A DNA stretch of 64,000 bases. Source: an uncultured delta proteobacterium (GTDB lineage Bacteria > Desulfobacterota > Binatia > UBA9968). Each line of letters starts with the position of its first letter. The stretch's first letter is position 1. The translations under genes were made by a program, and so were the position numbers. The DNA lies in assembly GCA_963847445.1 (NCBI GenBank), contig CAWJZV010000034.1, positions 128,001-192,000 of the forward strand. Direction: 5' to 3'. This document shows positions 21,114-31,344 of this stretch, one piece after another. The notes under the pieces were generated by a model. It saw nothing but the letters and a program-made list of their open reading frames with translations, was not told the DNA's origin and did not search any database.

Positions 21114-21910
21114 GGTTGATCCTCCCGAGCGTTCACGCGGGCGCCGCGGTTGCGGAAATTGATGATGCCCATCAAACCGACCAGTATCGCGCCAAGGGCG
21201 GAGAACCAGGTGCCGGATTTGAGATTGCGCGTGGGCATTTTCGGATCGGGGGGCAAGCCGTAGACTTCCGGTTTGTCGACCAGCAGGTAGAACGAATTCA
21301 GCCCGCCGAGCATTTTTTCATCCGCGCCGTAAAGATAGGCTCTCTTCTCGCCCATCTGCTGGAGCTGGTCCACGCGTTTCTGCGCCCGTCCCTTCAACTC
21401 GTTTATGGTGCCGAACTGGATCGACTGTGTCGGACAGGCCTTCGAGCAGGCCGGCTCCAAGCCGCCCTGGAGGCGGTCGTAACAAAGCGTGCACTTCTGG
21501 GCGGTGCCCGAGGCCGGATTGACTTCGATGACGCCGAAAGGACAGGCCGAGATACAGTCGCGGCAGCCGTTGCAGGCGTCCGATTGGATGACCACCGTAT
21601 CGAACTCGGTGCGCACGATCGCGCCGGTCGGGCAGACTTCCAGGCACGGCGCGTTGACGCAGTGCTTGCACACGTCGCTCATCAGCAGCCAGCGGCCGTC
21701 CTTGCGGTCCTCGGTGAACTGCTCGATGAATTTCACGTGACGCCAGTGGATGCCGTCGAGCGCGCGCGTGTTGTCGTAGCTATCGCCGCTCAACGTGTTG
21801 ACGCCGCCGTTGGTGCTGGGGAGCTGGTTCCACTCTTTGCAGGCGACCTCGCACGCCTTGCAGCCGATGCAGACGGTCGTGTCGGTGTAGAAACCCATTG
21901 CCTCAGCCAT
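21110..21910 (-). CDS. fdnH: Formate dehydrogenase Fe-S (beta) subunit
   Basis: CIGCKACEVACKEWN, CKHC..APCLEVCP, CNGCRDCISACP and KCTLCYDR...PACSKACP; C-terminal TM helix. Confidence 0.88.
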   Translation of the reverse strand: MAEAMGFYTDTTVCIGCKACEVACKEWNQLPSTNGGVNTLSGDSYDNTRALDGIHWRHVKFIEQFTEDRKDGRWLLMSDVCKHCVNAPCLEVCPTGAIVRTEFDTVVIQSDACNGCRDCISACPFGVIEVNPASGTAQKCTLCYDRLQGGLEPACSKACPTQSIQFGTINELKGRAQKRVDQLQQMGEKRAYLYGADEKMLGGLNSFYLLVDKPEVYGLPPDPKMPTRNLKSGTWFSALGAILVGLMGIINFRNRGARVNAREDQP

Positions 21911-21941
21911 GGATCGCTCCATCATTAACCGCAGAGTCGAC

Positions 21942-21995
21942 AAATTGCAGATTCGAGGATCGCTATCTTCTATCGTGCAATCTCGATCTTCGAAT
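21942..21995. repeat. Degenerate heptamer-unit hairpin
   Basis: attgcagattcgaggatcg ... tgcaatctcgatcttcgaat, between the fdh alpha and beta genes. Confidence 0.5.
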
Positions 21996-22007
21996 GCGCC
22001 ATAGCGC

Positions 22008-25000
22008 TCACGCCTTCTCGACGTTGCACACGAACGCCTTGCCCTCGTGCATCGACACGTTCGGATCGGCTATCAGCGACGTCAGCTCGTTGACGACATC
22101 TCCGGTGGACAGACCTTCATAGCCCCAGTGCCAAGGCATGCCCACCTGATGGATGACTTTGCCGTCGATCTTGAAGGGGCGCATGCGGCGCGTGACCAGC
22201 GCCTTGGCGCGGATCTGCGTCCGCGGGCTGGTGATCTCGCACCAGTCGAGGTTCTTGATGCCTTTCTCCTTGGCCAGCTCGGGACTGATCTCGACGAACA
22301 GCTCAGGCTGCAGCTCGGCGAGCCAGGGCAGCCAGCGGCTCATGCCGCCCGCCAGATAGTGCTCGGTCAGCCGGTAGGTCGTCAGCACGTAGGGGAACTT
22401 CGGGATCGCCCATCTTCGCCAAGACGTTGCCGTCAGCCTTCCAATGTTTGTAGACCGGGCTGGTCTGCTGTTTGTAGAGCGAGTTGGCGACCGGCGATTC
22501 GACCGGCTCGTAGTGGGTCGGCAGCGGCCCGTCGACCAGGCCCTCGGCACGAACAGCCAGCCCACTCCGTCGGCCGCATGATAAACGGCGCGGTGCCGGG
22601 GAGCGCGTCCATGCCGGCCGCGCCCGGCTTCGCCTTGTCGGTGGGCGGTTTCGCGGCGATATAGTCAGGCACGTCGTAACCGACCCATTTTTTTGCCTCC
22701 GCGTCCCACCAGACCCACTTCTTTTTTTCGCTCCAGGGCTTGCCGTCGGGGTCGGCCGAGGCGCGGTTGTACATCACCCGCCGGTTGGCCGGCCACGCCC
22801 AGCCCCAGTCGAGTTGCGCGCCGGGTTTGCCGGGCGGGTCGGGAGTGCGCCGGTCGGCGAGCAGCTTGCCCACGGCGCGGGATAGACGCCCGAGTAGATC
22901 CACGAGGCGCAGGTCGTCGAGCCGTCGTCCTTGAGCTCGCCGAAACCGACGCAATGGCGCGCCGGGATCGTCGGTGAAAAAGCCGTTGATCTCTTTGAGA
23001 ATTTTCAGCGCCGAAGGCTCGCCCTTCTTGCGCTCGGCTTCGTTCTCGTGCTCGTAGTCCCAGACGAGGTTTTTGAAGCCCTCGTCGCGCGGCAGCGGTC
23101 GAGTCGGCGTAGAGTTTCTTCAGCCGCTTGCCGAGATCGTAGGTGAACAACGTGTCCGATCGGCAATCGCCGGGCGCCTCGGCCGCCTTGTGATGGAACT
23201 GTAACAGCCGCTGGGTGTTGGTGAAGGTGCCTTCGAGCTCGGCGACCTGGGTGGCCGGCAAGAAGAAAACCTCGGTTTTGATGTCCGCGGTCTTGACCTC
23301 GCCGTTCTTGACTTCGGGCGCGTTCTTCCAGAAGGTCGCCGTCTCCGTGAGCCAGTTGTCCTTCACCACCAGCCATTCGAGCTTCCTCAGTCCGGAGCGT
23401 TCGAGCTTGGCGTTGATCGAGGTGGCGGGGTTCTGGCCGATGCAGATCATGCCCTTCACGTTGCCGGCGTTCATCGCCGCGAACATCGGCCATGTGCGAG
23501 TGGTCGCCGAGGATCTTCGGGTGCCAGTCGTAGCCGAAGTCGTTCTCCTTGGTCGCCGCGTCGCCGTACATCGACTTCAGGTAGGAGACCATGAACTTCG
23601 GCATGTTGGCCCAGTAGCCGGTCGGTATGCGTCTCGGCCGCGATGTAATCTTGCAGCGTGTCGTGTTGCTTCAGCGCCGGTCGGTGCCGCCAGATGTAAC
23701 CGTGGATCGAGTGGTAAAGCGTGGGAATGTCGGTCGAGCCCTGGATCGAGGCGTGGCCGCGCAGCGCCATGACGCCCGCGCCGGGACGGCCGATGTTGCC
23801 GAGCAGAAGTTGCAGCAGCGCGCAGGCGCCGATGATCTGGACGCCGTAGGTGTGCTGCGTCCAGGCGACGGCGTAGGCGAACGAAGTCGTCTCGCTCCGC
23901 GCCGGAATTGGCCAGAATGGTCTCGGCGACCTGGAGAAAAGTTTCTTTGGGGCAGCCGGTGGCCTTCTCGACCATCTCCGGCGTGTAGCGGGCGAAATGC
24001 CGTTTGACGATCTGGAACACGCAGCGCGGGATTCTGCAGCGTCTCGTCTTTCATGCGCCGGCCGCACAACGACGCTACCAGTGGCTCGAATGGTGGGCCA
24101 TGCGGGGCTTGGCGGCTGCCGGCGCGCTCGGCGCCGGTGTCGCCGCTTTCTCCGGTCGGTCCCGAGGCTGTTGCTCTCGCCGGACCGCGCGTCGCGCGGC
24201 CTCTTCGCCCTGAGCGCCGACTGGTGCGGCGTATTGCCAGGTCGCGCCGTCGTACTGATCGGTGAAACCGTTGAACGGCCATTCGGCGCATCGCCGCCTT
24301 TGGCCGGCGCAAGGCCGGAGAACACTCCGTCGAGATCTTCGGTGTCCTTGAAGTCCTCGTTGATGATCGTCGCGGCGTTGGTGTAGTTGGCGACGAATGT
24401 CTTGAAGAACGGATCCTTGTTCCACTTCTCGCTGTCGAGAACGTAGTTGATGACGCCGCCGAGAAAGGCGATGTCCGAGCCGGCGCGCACCGGCGCGTAA
24501 ATATCGGCGACGGCGCTGGTGCGGGTGAAGCGCGGATCGACGTGGATGATCTTGGCGCCATGCTCGACCTTGGCCTTCATCGGCCAGCGGAAGGCGACGG
24601 GATGGTTCTCCGCCATGTTGGAGCCCATGACGATGACGCAGTCGGAGTCGTACATGCTGCGCGGGATAGAGGGTGGCCGCGCCGCGGCCGAATCGGGTCC
24701 CCAGACCGGGGACGCTAGAGCTGTGTCATATCCGCGCCTGGTTCTCGATGGCGACGATGCCCAGGCCGCGCATCAGCTTTTGGTGCACATGGTTGAACTC
24801 GACCTCGAGGGTGGCGCCGCCGAGGGAGAAGATGGCTGGCGTCATATTGACGTGCTTGCCGTTGGGCAGCTTTTCGATGAACGTCTCGTCGCGGGTCTTC
24901 TTCACCAGCTCGGCGATGCGGTTCATCGCGCGCTCGAGGTCCCATACCTCCCAGTCGGTGGCGCCGGCGTTGCGATGCAAGCACCTGCGTCGGTCGATTG

Positions 25001-25303
25001 GGATTGACGTGGAGTTGGAAGATCGCCGCGCCCTTTGGGACAGAGCGTGCCCTCGTTGTGCGGACTGCGCGGATCGCCTTCGATGTTGACGATCTGCCCA
25101 TTGACCGTATGAACCAGCGTGCCGCAGCCGACGGAGCAATAGGGGCAGACGCTCGGGGTGACCTTGGCGTCTTTGATTCTGAGTTCCTGCGCGCGCGCGA
25201 CCGCCGGCCCTAGGTTAACTCCCGAACCGATCAGACCGCTGAGCGCCGTGCCGGTGCCCGCAGCGACTGAAAGCCGGAGAAAATCTCGTCGTGAAACTTC
25301 CAT
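22008..25303 (-). CDS. fdnG: Selenocysteine-containing formate dehydrogenase-N type alpha subunit (Tat-exported, multiple frameshifts)
   Basis: SRRDFL Tat motif; CPYCSVGC...LCPKG; NQARI-UGA-HSSSV; MGSNMAENHP; ALRGHASIQG; LTTYRLTEH; MPWHWG. Confidence 0.93.
24697..24713 (-). promoter_or_regulatory. Bacterial SECIS hairpin
   Basis: GTCCCC-GGTCT-GGGGAC stem-loop begins 12 nt after the in-frame TGA at 24728-24726. Confidence 0.88.
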
Positions 25304-25442
25304 GTTTTGACTCCTTTTTCTGAAGCGAAAGGATGGAGTGAAAAACAGCAGACACTGGGAAGCGACATGATTTCACAATCGGTGAGCCGATATCTTTATT
25401 GCCGGACGAAGCTCGATGCACGACAACGGTGAAACGACGGGC

Positions 25443-25470
25443 ATCCTATCGCCGGGAGAATCAATGTCAA
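25443..25470 (-). promoter_or_regulatory. Putative sigma70 promoter of the fdh operon
   Basis: TTGACA-N16-TAGGAT on the minus strand, about 140 nt upstream of the fdnG start. Confidence 0.6.
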
Positions 25471-25525
25471 GGGAAAAATGGAGTCGTGAAAAATGGAGTC
25501 GGTGTTGAGGCTATGCTTCAACACT

Positions 25526-26617
25526 TCATTTTCGTTTGATCACATGAACCGCCGATGCGTTGAACGAAGCAACGACCTCGTCTCCCTCTGCTATCTTAAG
25601 TTCGAGGAATGACGGTCTGGTGATGAAGGCGACGAGACGGTTTTCCCCGCATGACAGCGTCACCCGGTAGTGAGCGCCCCAAGGAGTGACTTTCAGCGCC
25701 TTGCCCTGAAGCCGGTTGCACGCGCTCGATTTGGCGGCCTCCACTCCCGGCAGACTCACAGTGATATCCTCCGGTCGAAGGCAAAGAAACAGCTGCTCGC
25801 CGGGGTGAAAATTGCCGACCACCTGGGCACAGCCGCCATTAACGCGGACTTGGGCCGATTCGTCGCTCGCGCTCTCCACGACTCCAGGGATTTTGGTGTC
25901 GAACCCGACGAAGTGAGCGACCTCCAGGTTCTCCGGATGAGCGAAGACTTCCGTCGTCGACCCGGTCTGGAGCAGCTTGCCGCCTATGAGCACCGCAATT
26001 CGGTCGCCGAACATGAAAGCTTCGTCACGATCGTGGGTGACGAACACGGTGGTGATACCCGTTTCGCGCAGTATGCGCTCCAGATCAAGCAGCAGGCCCT
26101 CGCGCGTTGGCGGGTCGAGGGGAGAAAAGGGTTCGTCTAAAAAGAGCATCTCGGGGTCGAGCGCCAGGGCGCGAGCCAAGCTGGCGCGCTGGGCCTCGCC
26201 GCCGGAGAGGCTTCGAGCCCGGCGGCGCATAAGATGGCCGATGCCGAGCCGCTCGAGCCAGGGTTGAACCCGCCGTTCGATGGAGCGGCGGTCCAAACCG
26301 CGCAGTCTTAAGCCCAACGCCGCGTTGTCATAGACCGAGGCATTTAACAGCAGCGGCTCCTGAAAAACGCTCGCCATGCGGCGCCGGATGGCGAGGCCAT
26401 CGGATGGGATTACTTCGCGGTCATGAAAGTAGATCTTGCCCCGGGTCGGTTGCTGCAGTTGTCCCATCAGGCGGAGCAGCGTCGATTTTCCCGCGCCATT
26501 GGGTCCGATGACGGCGAGATTTTCACCGGTGTGAATGGCCAGAGAAGAAAATTCAAGGATGGTGGACGGACCGTAACGAACCAGGATGTCGCGAAGAGTT
26601 AGGAGGGCTTCGGCCAT
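25526..26617 (-). CDS. tupC: Tungstate ABC transporter ATP-binding protein with TOBE domains
   Basis: GPNGAGKST, LSGGEAQR, LFLDEP and VTHD; C-terminal TOBE-like region. Confidence 0.9.
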   Translation of the reverse strand: MAEALLTLRDILVRYGPSTILEFSSLAIHTGENLAVIGPNGAGKSTLLRLMGQLQQPTRGKIYFHDREVIPSDGLAIRRRMASVFQEPLLLNASVYDNAALGLRLRGLDRRSIERRVQPWLERLGIGHLMRRRARSLSGGEAQRASLARALALDPEMLFLDEPFSPLDPPTREGLLLDLERILRETGITTVFVTHDRDEAFMFGDRIAVLIGGKLLQTGSTTEVFAHPENLEVAHFVGFDTKIPGVVESASDESAQVRVNGGCAQVVGNFHPGEQLFLCLRPEDITVSLPGVEAAKSSACNRLQGKALKVTPWGAHYRVTLSCGENRLVAFITRPSFLELKIAEGDEVVASFNASAVHVIKRK

Positions 26618-27312
26618 CGGATCTGCTCGCGCTGCTGAATGTGGGTGAGGAGAAGATTCACCGCAAAGGTGAGAAGGAGGAGAATCAAACCGAGGGCGAT
26701 GGCGATTTCAAAGTTGCCTTTGCCGGTTTCCAAAACGGTCGCGGTCGTCAGCACGCGGGTCTGGCCGCGAATGTTGCCGCCGACCATCATCGAGGCGCCG
26801 ACTTCGGAGATGACACCGCCGAAACCGGCCATGATCGCCGCGAGCAAAGGCAGCCGGGCTTCCTTGCAGAGCAACCAGAGGAGTTGCGGTGTCGATGCGC
26901 CGATTCCCAGTAGCTGAAGCGACAAATTGGGATTGAGGCTTTGGAACGCAGCCATGGTCAGGCCGGCGACGATGGGAAATGCGATCACCACCTGAGCGAT
27001 GATCATCGCCGTCGGCGTGTAGAGCAATTCCATATAACCGAGCGGGCCGCTGCGCCAGAGAAAGATCGTGACGAACAATCCGACGACCACGGGCGGAAGT
27101 CCCATGCCGGTATTAATCAGGCTGACGGCGAGGCTGTGGCCTGGGAAGCGCTTCATGGCGAGTAAAATTCCCAGGGGAATTCCGACGACGAGGGATAGTC
27201 CGGTGGCGGCGCCGGAAACCTGCAACGAGAAAAGGGTAATCCCGAGCACCTCGGCATCGCCGGTGAACAGAAGCCAACAGGCGTGCTTGATCCCTTGCCA
27301 GACGAGTTCCAC
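26599..27312 (-). CDS. tupB: Tungstate ABC transporter permease
   Basis: GLPPVVVGL, SGPLG and ISEVGASMMVGGNIRGQTRVLTT. Confidence 0.93.
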   Translation of the reverse strand: MELVWQGIKHACWLLFTGDAEVLGITLFSLQVSGAATGLSLVVGIPLGILLAMKRFPGHSLAVSLINTGMGLPPVVVGLFVTIFLWRSGPLGYMELLYTPTAMIIAQVVIAFPIVAGLTMAAFQSLNPNLSLQLLGIGASTPQLLWLLCKEARLPLLAAIMAGFGGVISEVGASMMVGGNIRGQTRVLTTATVLETGKGNFEIAIALGLILLLLTFAVNLLLTHIQQREQIRWPKPS

Positions 27313-27313
27313 G

Positions 27314-28183
27314 CTATTCTCCCACTTGGTCTTCGCGCATTCCCGCGACCGGAATGAACAGCGGCTGGCCGAACTTTTCGACGCCGAAGCTCTTGATCAC
27401 GGCCTGGGTCTCCGGCGCGACCATGAAATCGGCGAAGGTTTTTCCACCGGCGACGTTGATTCGCGGGCCGTTGGCGGGATTCACTTCCATCACCGAATAG
27501 ATGTTCAAGAGCGGCCTGTCGCCCTCCAGTAGGATCGCCAGAGTTACCCGCTTACGAAAGGCCAGATAGGTCGCGCGGTCGGTGATCGTGTAGCCGTTGC
27601 GGTCATTAGCGATGCCTAGCGTCGCGCCCATGCCTTGGCCCGATTCGATGTACCAAGCACCCTTGGGCTCAATTCCCGCCTGTTTCCAAAGCGACTTTTC
27701 AAGGTTGTGGGTGCCGGAGTTGTCTCCACGAGAGACGAACCGGCTCGCGCTCGCCGCGATCCGCTTCATCGCGTCAATGCTGCTCTTGGGGCTGCTTTTG
27801 GTCGATTTGACCTGGGCGGGATCGCTCGCCGGACCGAGCAGGATAAAGTCGTTGTACATGACGAGGCGGCGGTTGAGCAGCTTGCCGTCGGCGACGTATT
27901 TTTTCTCCAGGCTCGGCGCATGGACCAACGCCACATCCGCCTCTCCCTTGGCCGCCAACTCGAGAGCTTGGCCGGTGCCGACCGAGACGGTCTTTACGCT
28001 GTGGCCGCTCTTTTTCTCGAACAGCGGCACCAGAACATCCAGCAGACCCGAGTCCTGTGTGCTGGTGGTGGTTGACAGGATGATGTTTTTGCTGGCCGCT
28101 TCTCCGGCGGGAAGATGGGATGGGATAGCCAGAACGAATGCCAGGGCAGCGAGCAAGGTCGGGGAAGAGAATTTCTTTTGCAT
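27314..28183 (-). CDS. tupA: Tungstate-binding protein
   Basis: TTTS signature (STTTSTQDSGLL), VHAP, MYNDF and SRGDNSGTH. Confidence 0.93.
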   Translation of the reverse strand: MQKKFSSPTLLAALAFVLAIPSHLPAGEAASKNIILSTTTSTQDSGLLDVLVPLFEKKSGHSVKTVSVGTGQALELAAKGEADVALVHAPSLEKKYVADGKLLNRRLVMYNDFILLGPASDPAQVKSTKSSPKSSIDAMKRIAASASRFVSRGDNSGTHNLEKSLWKQAGIEPKGAWYIESGQGMGATLGIANDRNGYTITDRATYLAFRKRVTLAILLEGDRPLLNIYSVMEVNPANGPRINVAGGKTFADFMVAPETQAVIKSFGVEKFGQPLFIPVAGMREDQVGE

Positions 28184-28203
28184 AACCAACTCCTCAATCT
28201 AGC

Positions 28204-29097
28204 TTAGCTTGACGCGATCATCCGGCCGGAGTCGGAAGTGTCATAGCCGCCCAACGCCTCCACGCGGCTGCGGAAATCCCGCGATCCGACGATCTCGAGC
28301 AGGGCCTGAACGCCCGGAGAGAAGAATCGCGCTTTGGGGATCACGATGTCGAATCGCTCCCGGGTGAGAGGAATGAAGTCGAGGCCCAGCAGCTGAGCGG
28401 CCGTGCCCGAGGCGATTCCCACGTCGGCCTCCGCTCGGAGGATTTTCAACCCGACTTCGAGGTGTGTGGCGACCGCCACGTCGTATCCCTTGATCCTTTT
28501 CGCGGCGATGCCGAGGTTGGAAAATTGTTGGTCGATGTAGTGGCGCGTCCCAGAGCCTGCTTGCCGGTTGATCATCCGGACGCCGGGTCGTCCAAGGTCG
28601 GCAAGCGTTCGCAGACCGAGAGGATTTCCCGCTCCGAGCAATAGGCCGAGTTCGCGATGGAATAGCGGGACTAGCGCGACACCTGAGGCAATCGTTCTGC
28701 GGACGAAGGGGAGATTGTACTCGCCGGTCTCCGGATCGAGCAGATGAGATAGGGCGATGTCCGCGACGCCGTCGCGGAGCGCGGCCAATCCGCCGCTGCT
28801 TCCGGAAGTCGCGAAAAAGATCGATGCAGATGTCTCGCGAGCCGCGTAGAGTTCGCGCAGAATCCCGAGGCTCGGGTCATCGCTGCCCGCCGCGAGAAGA
28901 AATTGCTCGGTTTTTTTGCTGCTGGTGATGCCCCGGCTATTTTCTTCGATCCATTCATCGATCAGCCGCTTGGGGAAAACCCACTTTCCGGTGACCCGCG
29001 TACATGGGAGCTTGCCGGCCTTGGCCATGAAATAGACCTTCTTCTCATTGATCCCGATGTACTTCGCCAGTTCCTTGGTATTTAAGAATTCGTTCAT
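28204..29097 (-). CDS. HTH_17 (Xis/MerR-like) DNA-binding plus PBP-like oxyanion-sensing transcriptional regulator
   Basis: N-terminal LNTKELAKYIGINEKKVY...VTGKWVF; C-terminal GSDD, GSSGGL, INRQAGSGTR and GGYDT; directly upstream of tupA. Confidence 0.85.
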   Translation of the reverse strand: MNEFLNTKELAKYIGINEKKVYFMAKAGKLPCTRVTGKWVFPKRLIDEWIEENSRGITSSKKTEQFLLAAGSDDPSLGILRELYAARETSASIFFATSGSSGGLAALRDGVADIALSHLLDPETGEYNLPFVRRTIASGVALVPLFHRELGLLLGAGNPLGLRTLADLGRPGVRMINRQAGSGTRHYIDQQFSNLGIAAKRIKGYDVAVATHLEVGLKILRAEADVGIASGTAAQLLGLDFIPLTRERFDIVIPKARFFSPGVQALLEIVGSRDFRSRVEALGGYDTSDSGRMIASS

Positions 29098-29148
29098 TAC
29101 GACCGCCGAGAGATGCGGCTCTTCTTTATTGCCGATTGGGAAAAAATG

Positions 29149-29191
29149 CAACTAAAATTACAAAAAATAACTTTTACTGACAATAAATAAC
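29149..29191. promoter_or_regulatory. AT-rich direct-repeat array, candidate operator
   Basis: ACAAAAAATAAC (29160-29171) and ACAATAAATAAC (29180-29191); AC recurs every 10 bp. Confidence 0.5.
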
Positions 29192-29278
29192 GCGGATATG
29201 GGTGTCACGGCTTCAGTCCGCGCTATGAGACCGCAAGACGGGGACAACTGTGGCAGGATTACAGTTGGAGATCCTCGA

Positions 29279-29458
29279 TTACTTCAACCGCGCGCGCAGG
29301 CGCTCAATGAGGGCGGTAACTTCTTCGAGCCGAAGCTTCAGCTCGGCGTCAGCCTTGTTTAGCTCCTCGGGCGCTGCACCTTTATCGACCGCATCGTCGA
29401 ATGCGGTCACGGCAACGCCGAACACTTTCAGTACGCGTCGCGTTTCATCGCTGGGCAT
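29279..29458 (-). CDS. Small helical hypothetical protein (59 aa, below the ORF-track cutoff)
   Basis: GAAGGAGGAG RBS; MPSDETRRVLKVFGVAVTAFDDAVDKGAAPEELNKADAELKLRLEEVTALIERLRARLK*. Confidence 0.75.
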   Translation of the reverse strand: MPSDETRRVLKVFGVAVTAFDDAVDKGAAPEELNKADAELKLRLEEVTALIERLRARLK

Positions 29459-29481
29459 AGCTCCTCCTTCATCGCCGCGGT

Positions 29482-31341
29482 TTAGAGATTCGAGTTCCGA
29501 GTTTTGGGTTGACCCGAAAGCCGAGACTCGAGACTCGAAACCGGAGCTTCAATTCCAAGCTCTCTTAGCTTGCTCTGAGGAATGAAGCCGTTCTCATCCC
29601 AGCCCCTTGCTTGGTAATAGCCGCCAATCATCTCGCGGAGATCGTTGACGCTTAGGCCGACACCCTGGGCGACGCCGGTAGGCAGGGTCTCGCGGAGCAG
29701 CCGCTCTGGCAGCCAGTCGTCTTCGGCGCGCCAGCCCTCGCGCTGGTTGAAAAGCTTTTTTAAGTTGTGAATGCGTTCGCCGGTGCGCTTGAGCTCGTCG
29801 CTGGAATAATCCCAGCCGGTGACTTTGCTGAGCAGTTCGGCGCCTTCACGGTAAAAGTCGCTGAAGCACTTGCGCAGGAATTTACAGACGATCAGCGAAT
29901 CGAGCACGGCGGCGAAATCCTCGGAGGCGGCGACAATGGAGCCCCTGCCGGGGTCGGATCGTAAACGATCGACATCGCCGGAAAAGTCGGCCTCGTAGGC
30001 ACCGGAGCGATTGTGGCAGGCGCCGCGCGGGCTAACCGCGAGACCCAGAGCCATGGTTTTCAAGCTGCGCGGTTCATAGCCGGGAAGCTCCAATCCTTTG
30101 ACATGCATCGCCCAACGCTGAGTATCTGGACCGGTTTCGATGGCGGCGCGGCGCGAGCCTTCGGCGAGCAAGGCACCGACGCCTTGGCGCTCAGCGATAG
30201 CACCGATGGCGGCGAAAAGAGCGTCGCACTGACCGAAGCGCAAGCCGAGCTCTGCCGCTTCGGGCAACAATCCTCTCTCGCTGCACTCCATCGCCCAGGC
30301 GAGGGTGCCGCCGGTGCTGATGGTGTCAATGCCAAATTGGTCGCAGAGCTGCGCGGCGTGGAGCACCGCCTGCGGATCTTTAATGCCGCAGAGCGGCCCG
30401 AGCGCGAATAAGGTTTCGTATTCGAGCCGCTGCTCCTCGCCGTTGAGAGCTTTGAACAGCCGCTCACATTGGATCGTGCAGGATGCGCATCCATGCCGGC
30501 GGCTGAAGTTGTTGATGGTGAGAGTTTCCCCGCTCAACGCCTCGGCGTGGTCAAAGGTCGACTGCTGAAAATTGCGCGTCGGCAAAGTTCCCAGCCGGTT
30601 GAATACCGCCAGGTTGGCCACGGTGCCGATATTTCGGTACTTGTCGGTGAGCGAGCCCAGACTCTGGCGGCGCAGAGAGCCGGCGATCGCGTCGACGCCG
30701 CTTGGATCGGCCACCGAAATCTCTCGGTTGCCGCGCAGAGCGATGGCTTTGAGATTCTTCGACCCCATCACCGCGCCGACCCCGCCGCGCCCGGCGTGGC
30801 GCCCTTCGTTGCTGATGGTGGCGAAGCGCACCAGGTTCTCGCCGGCTTTACCGATGGCGGCCACACGCATTGACTGAGAGCTCAGCTCCGCGCGAATCAT
30901 GGTTTCGGTTTCGCTCGGGCTGTGTCCTCTCAGGTTCTCAGCTTGGCTAATCTCGACTCGATCATTTTGGATCGAGATGTACACCATCGACGATGCCCGG
31001 CCGGTGATCACCAGAGCGTCGATGCCGACGCGCTTGAGCTCGAGGGCGAAGTGGCTCGACGACAGCGAGTCGGCGATAAAGCCGGTGAGCGGGGATTTCG
31101 TCACCACGGCGAATTTCGCCGTGGTCGTCAGACCGGTGCCGACCAATGGCGCGCTCGTGAAAATCAGCGGGTTGGCCGGCGCATACGGATCGACTCCCGC
31201 CGGCGCGAATTCGTAGAGCAGGCTCGTGCCTAGTCCGATGCCGCCAAGGAATGCGCGTAGACGCGACGCTTCAAGCGCGCGCCACGAGACCTTTCCGCAA
31301 GTCAGATCGATATGGAGCAGTCGTCCGTGAAAGCCATGCAT
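29482..31341 (-). CDS. aor: Tungsten aldehyde:ferredoxin oxidoreductase, canonical type
   Basis: KSPLTG, AGRGGVGAVMGSKNLKA, CASCTIQC, LEYET, DQFGID, RGACH and DSLIVC. Confidence 0.93.
   Translation of the reverse strand: MHGFHGRLLHIDLTCGKVSWRALEASRLRAFLGGIGLGTSLLYEFAPAGVDPYAPANPLIFTSAPLVGTGLTTTAKFAVVTKSPLTGFIADSLSSSHFALELKRVGIDALVITGRASSMVYISIQNDRVEISQAENLRGHSPSETETMIRAELSSQSMRVAAIGKAGENLVRFATISNEGRHAGRGGVGAVMGSKNLKAIALRGNREISVADPSGVDAIAGSLRRQSLGSLTDKYRNIGTVANLAVFNRLGTLPTRNFQQSTFDHAEALSGETLTINNFSRRHGCASCTIQCERLFKALNGEEQRLEYETLFALGPLCGIKDPQAVLHAAQLCDQFGIDTISTGGTLAWAMECSERGLLPEAAELGLRFGQCDALFAAIGAIAERQGVGALLAEGSRRAAIETGPDTQRWAMHVKGLELPGYEPRSLKTMALGLAVSPRGACHNRSGAYEADFSGDVDRLRSDPGRGSIVAASEDFAAVLDSLIVCKFLRKCFSDFYREGAELLSKVTGWDYSSDELKRTGERIHNLKKLFNQREGWRAEDDWLPERLLRETLPTGVAQGVGLSVNDLREMIGGYYQARGWDENGFIPQSKLRELGIEAPVSSLESRLSGQPKTRNSNL
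29485..29543. repeat. Heptamer-unit hairpin overlapping the aor 3' end
   Basis: ttcgagttccgagttt ... gagactcgagactcgaaaccgg. Confidence 0.6.
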
Positions 31342-31344
31342 GAC

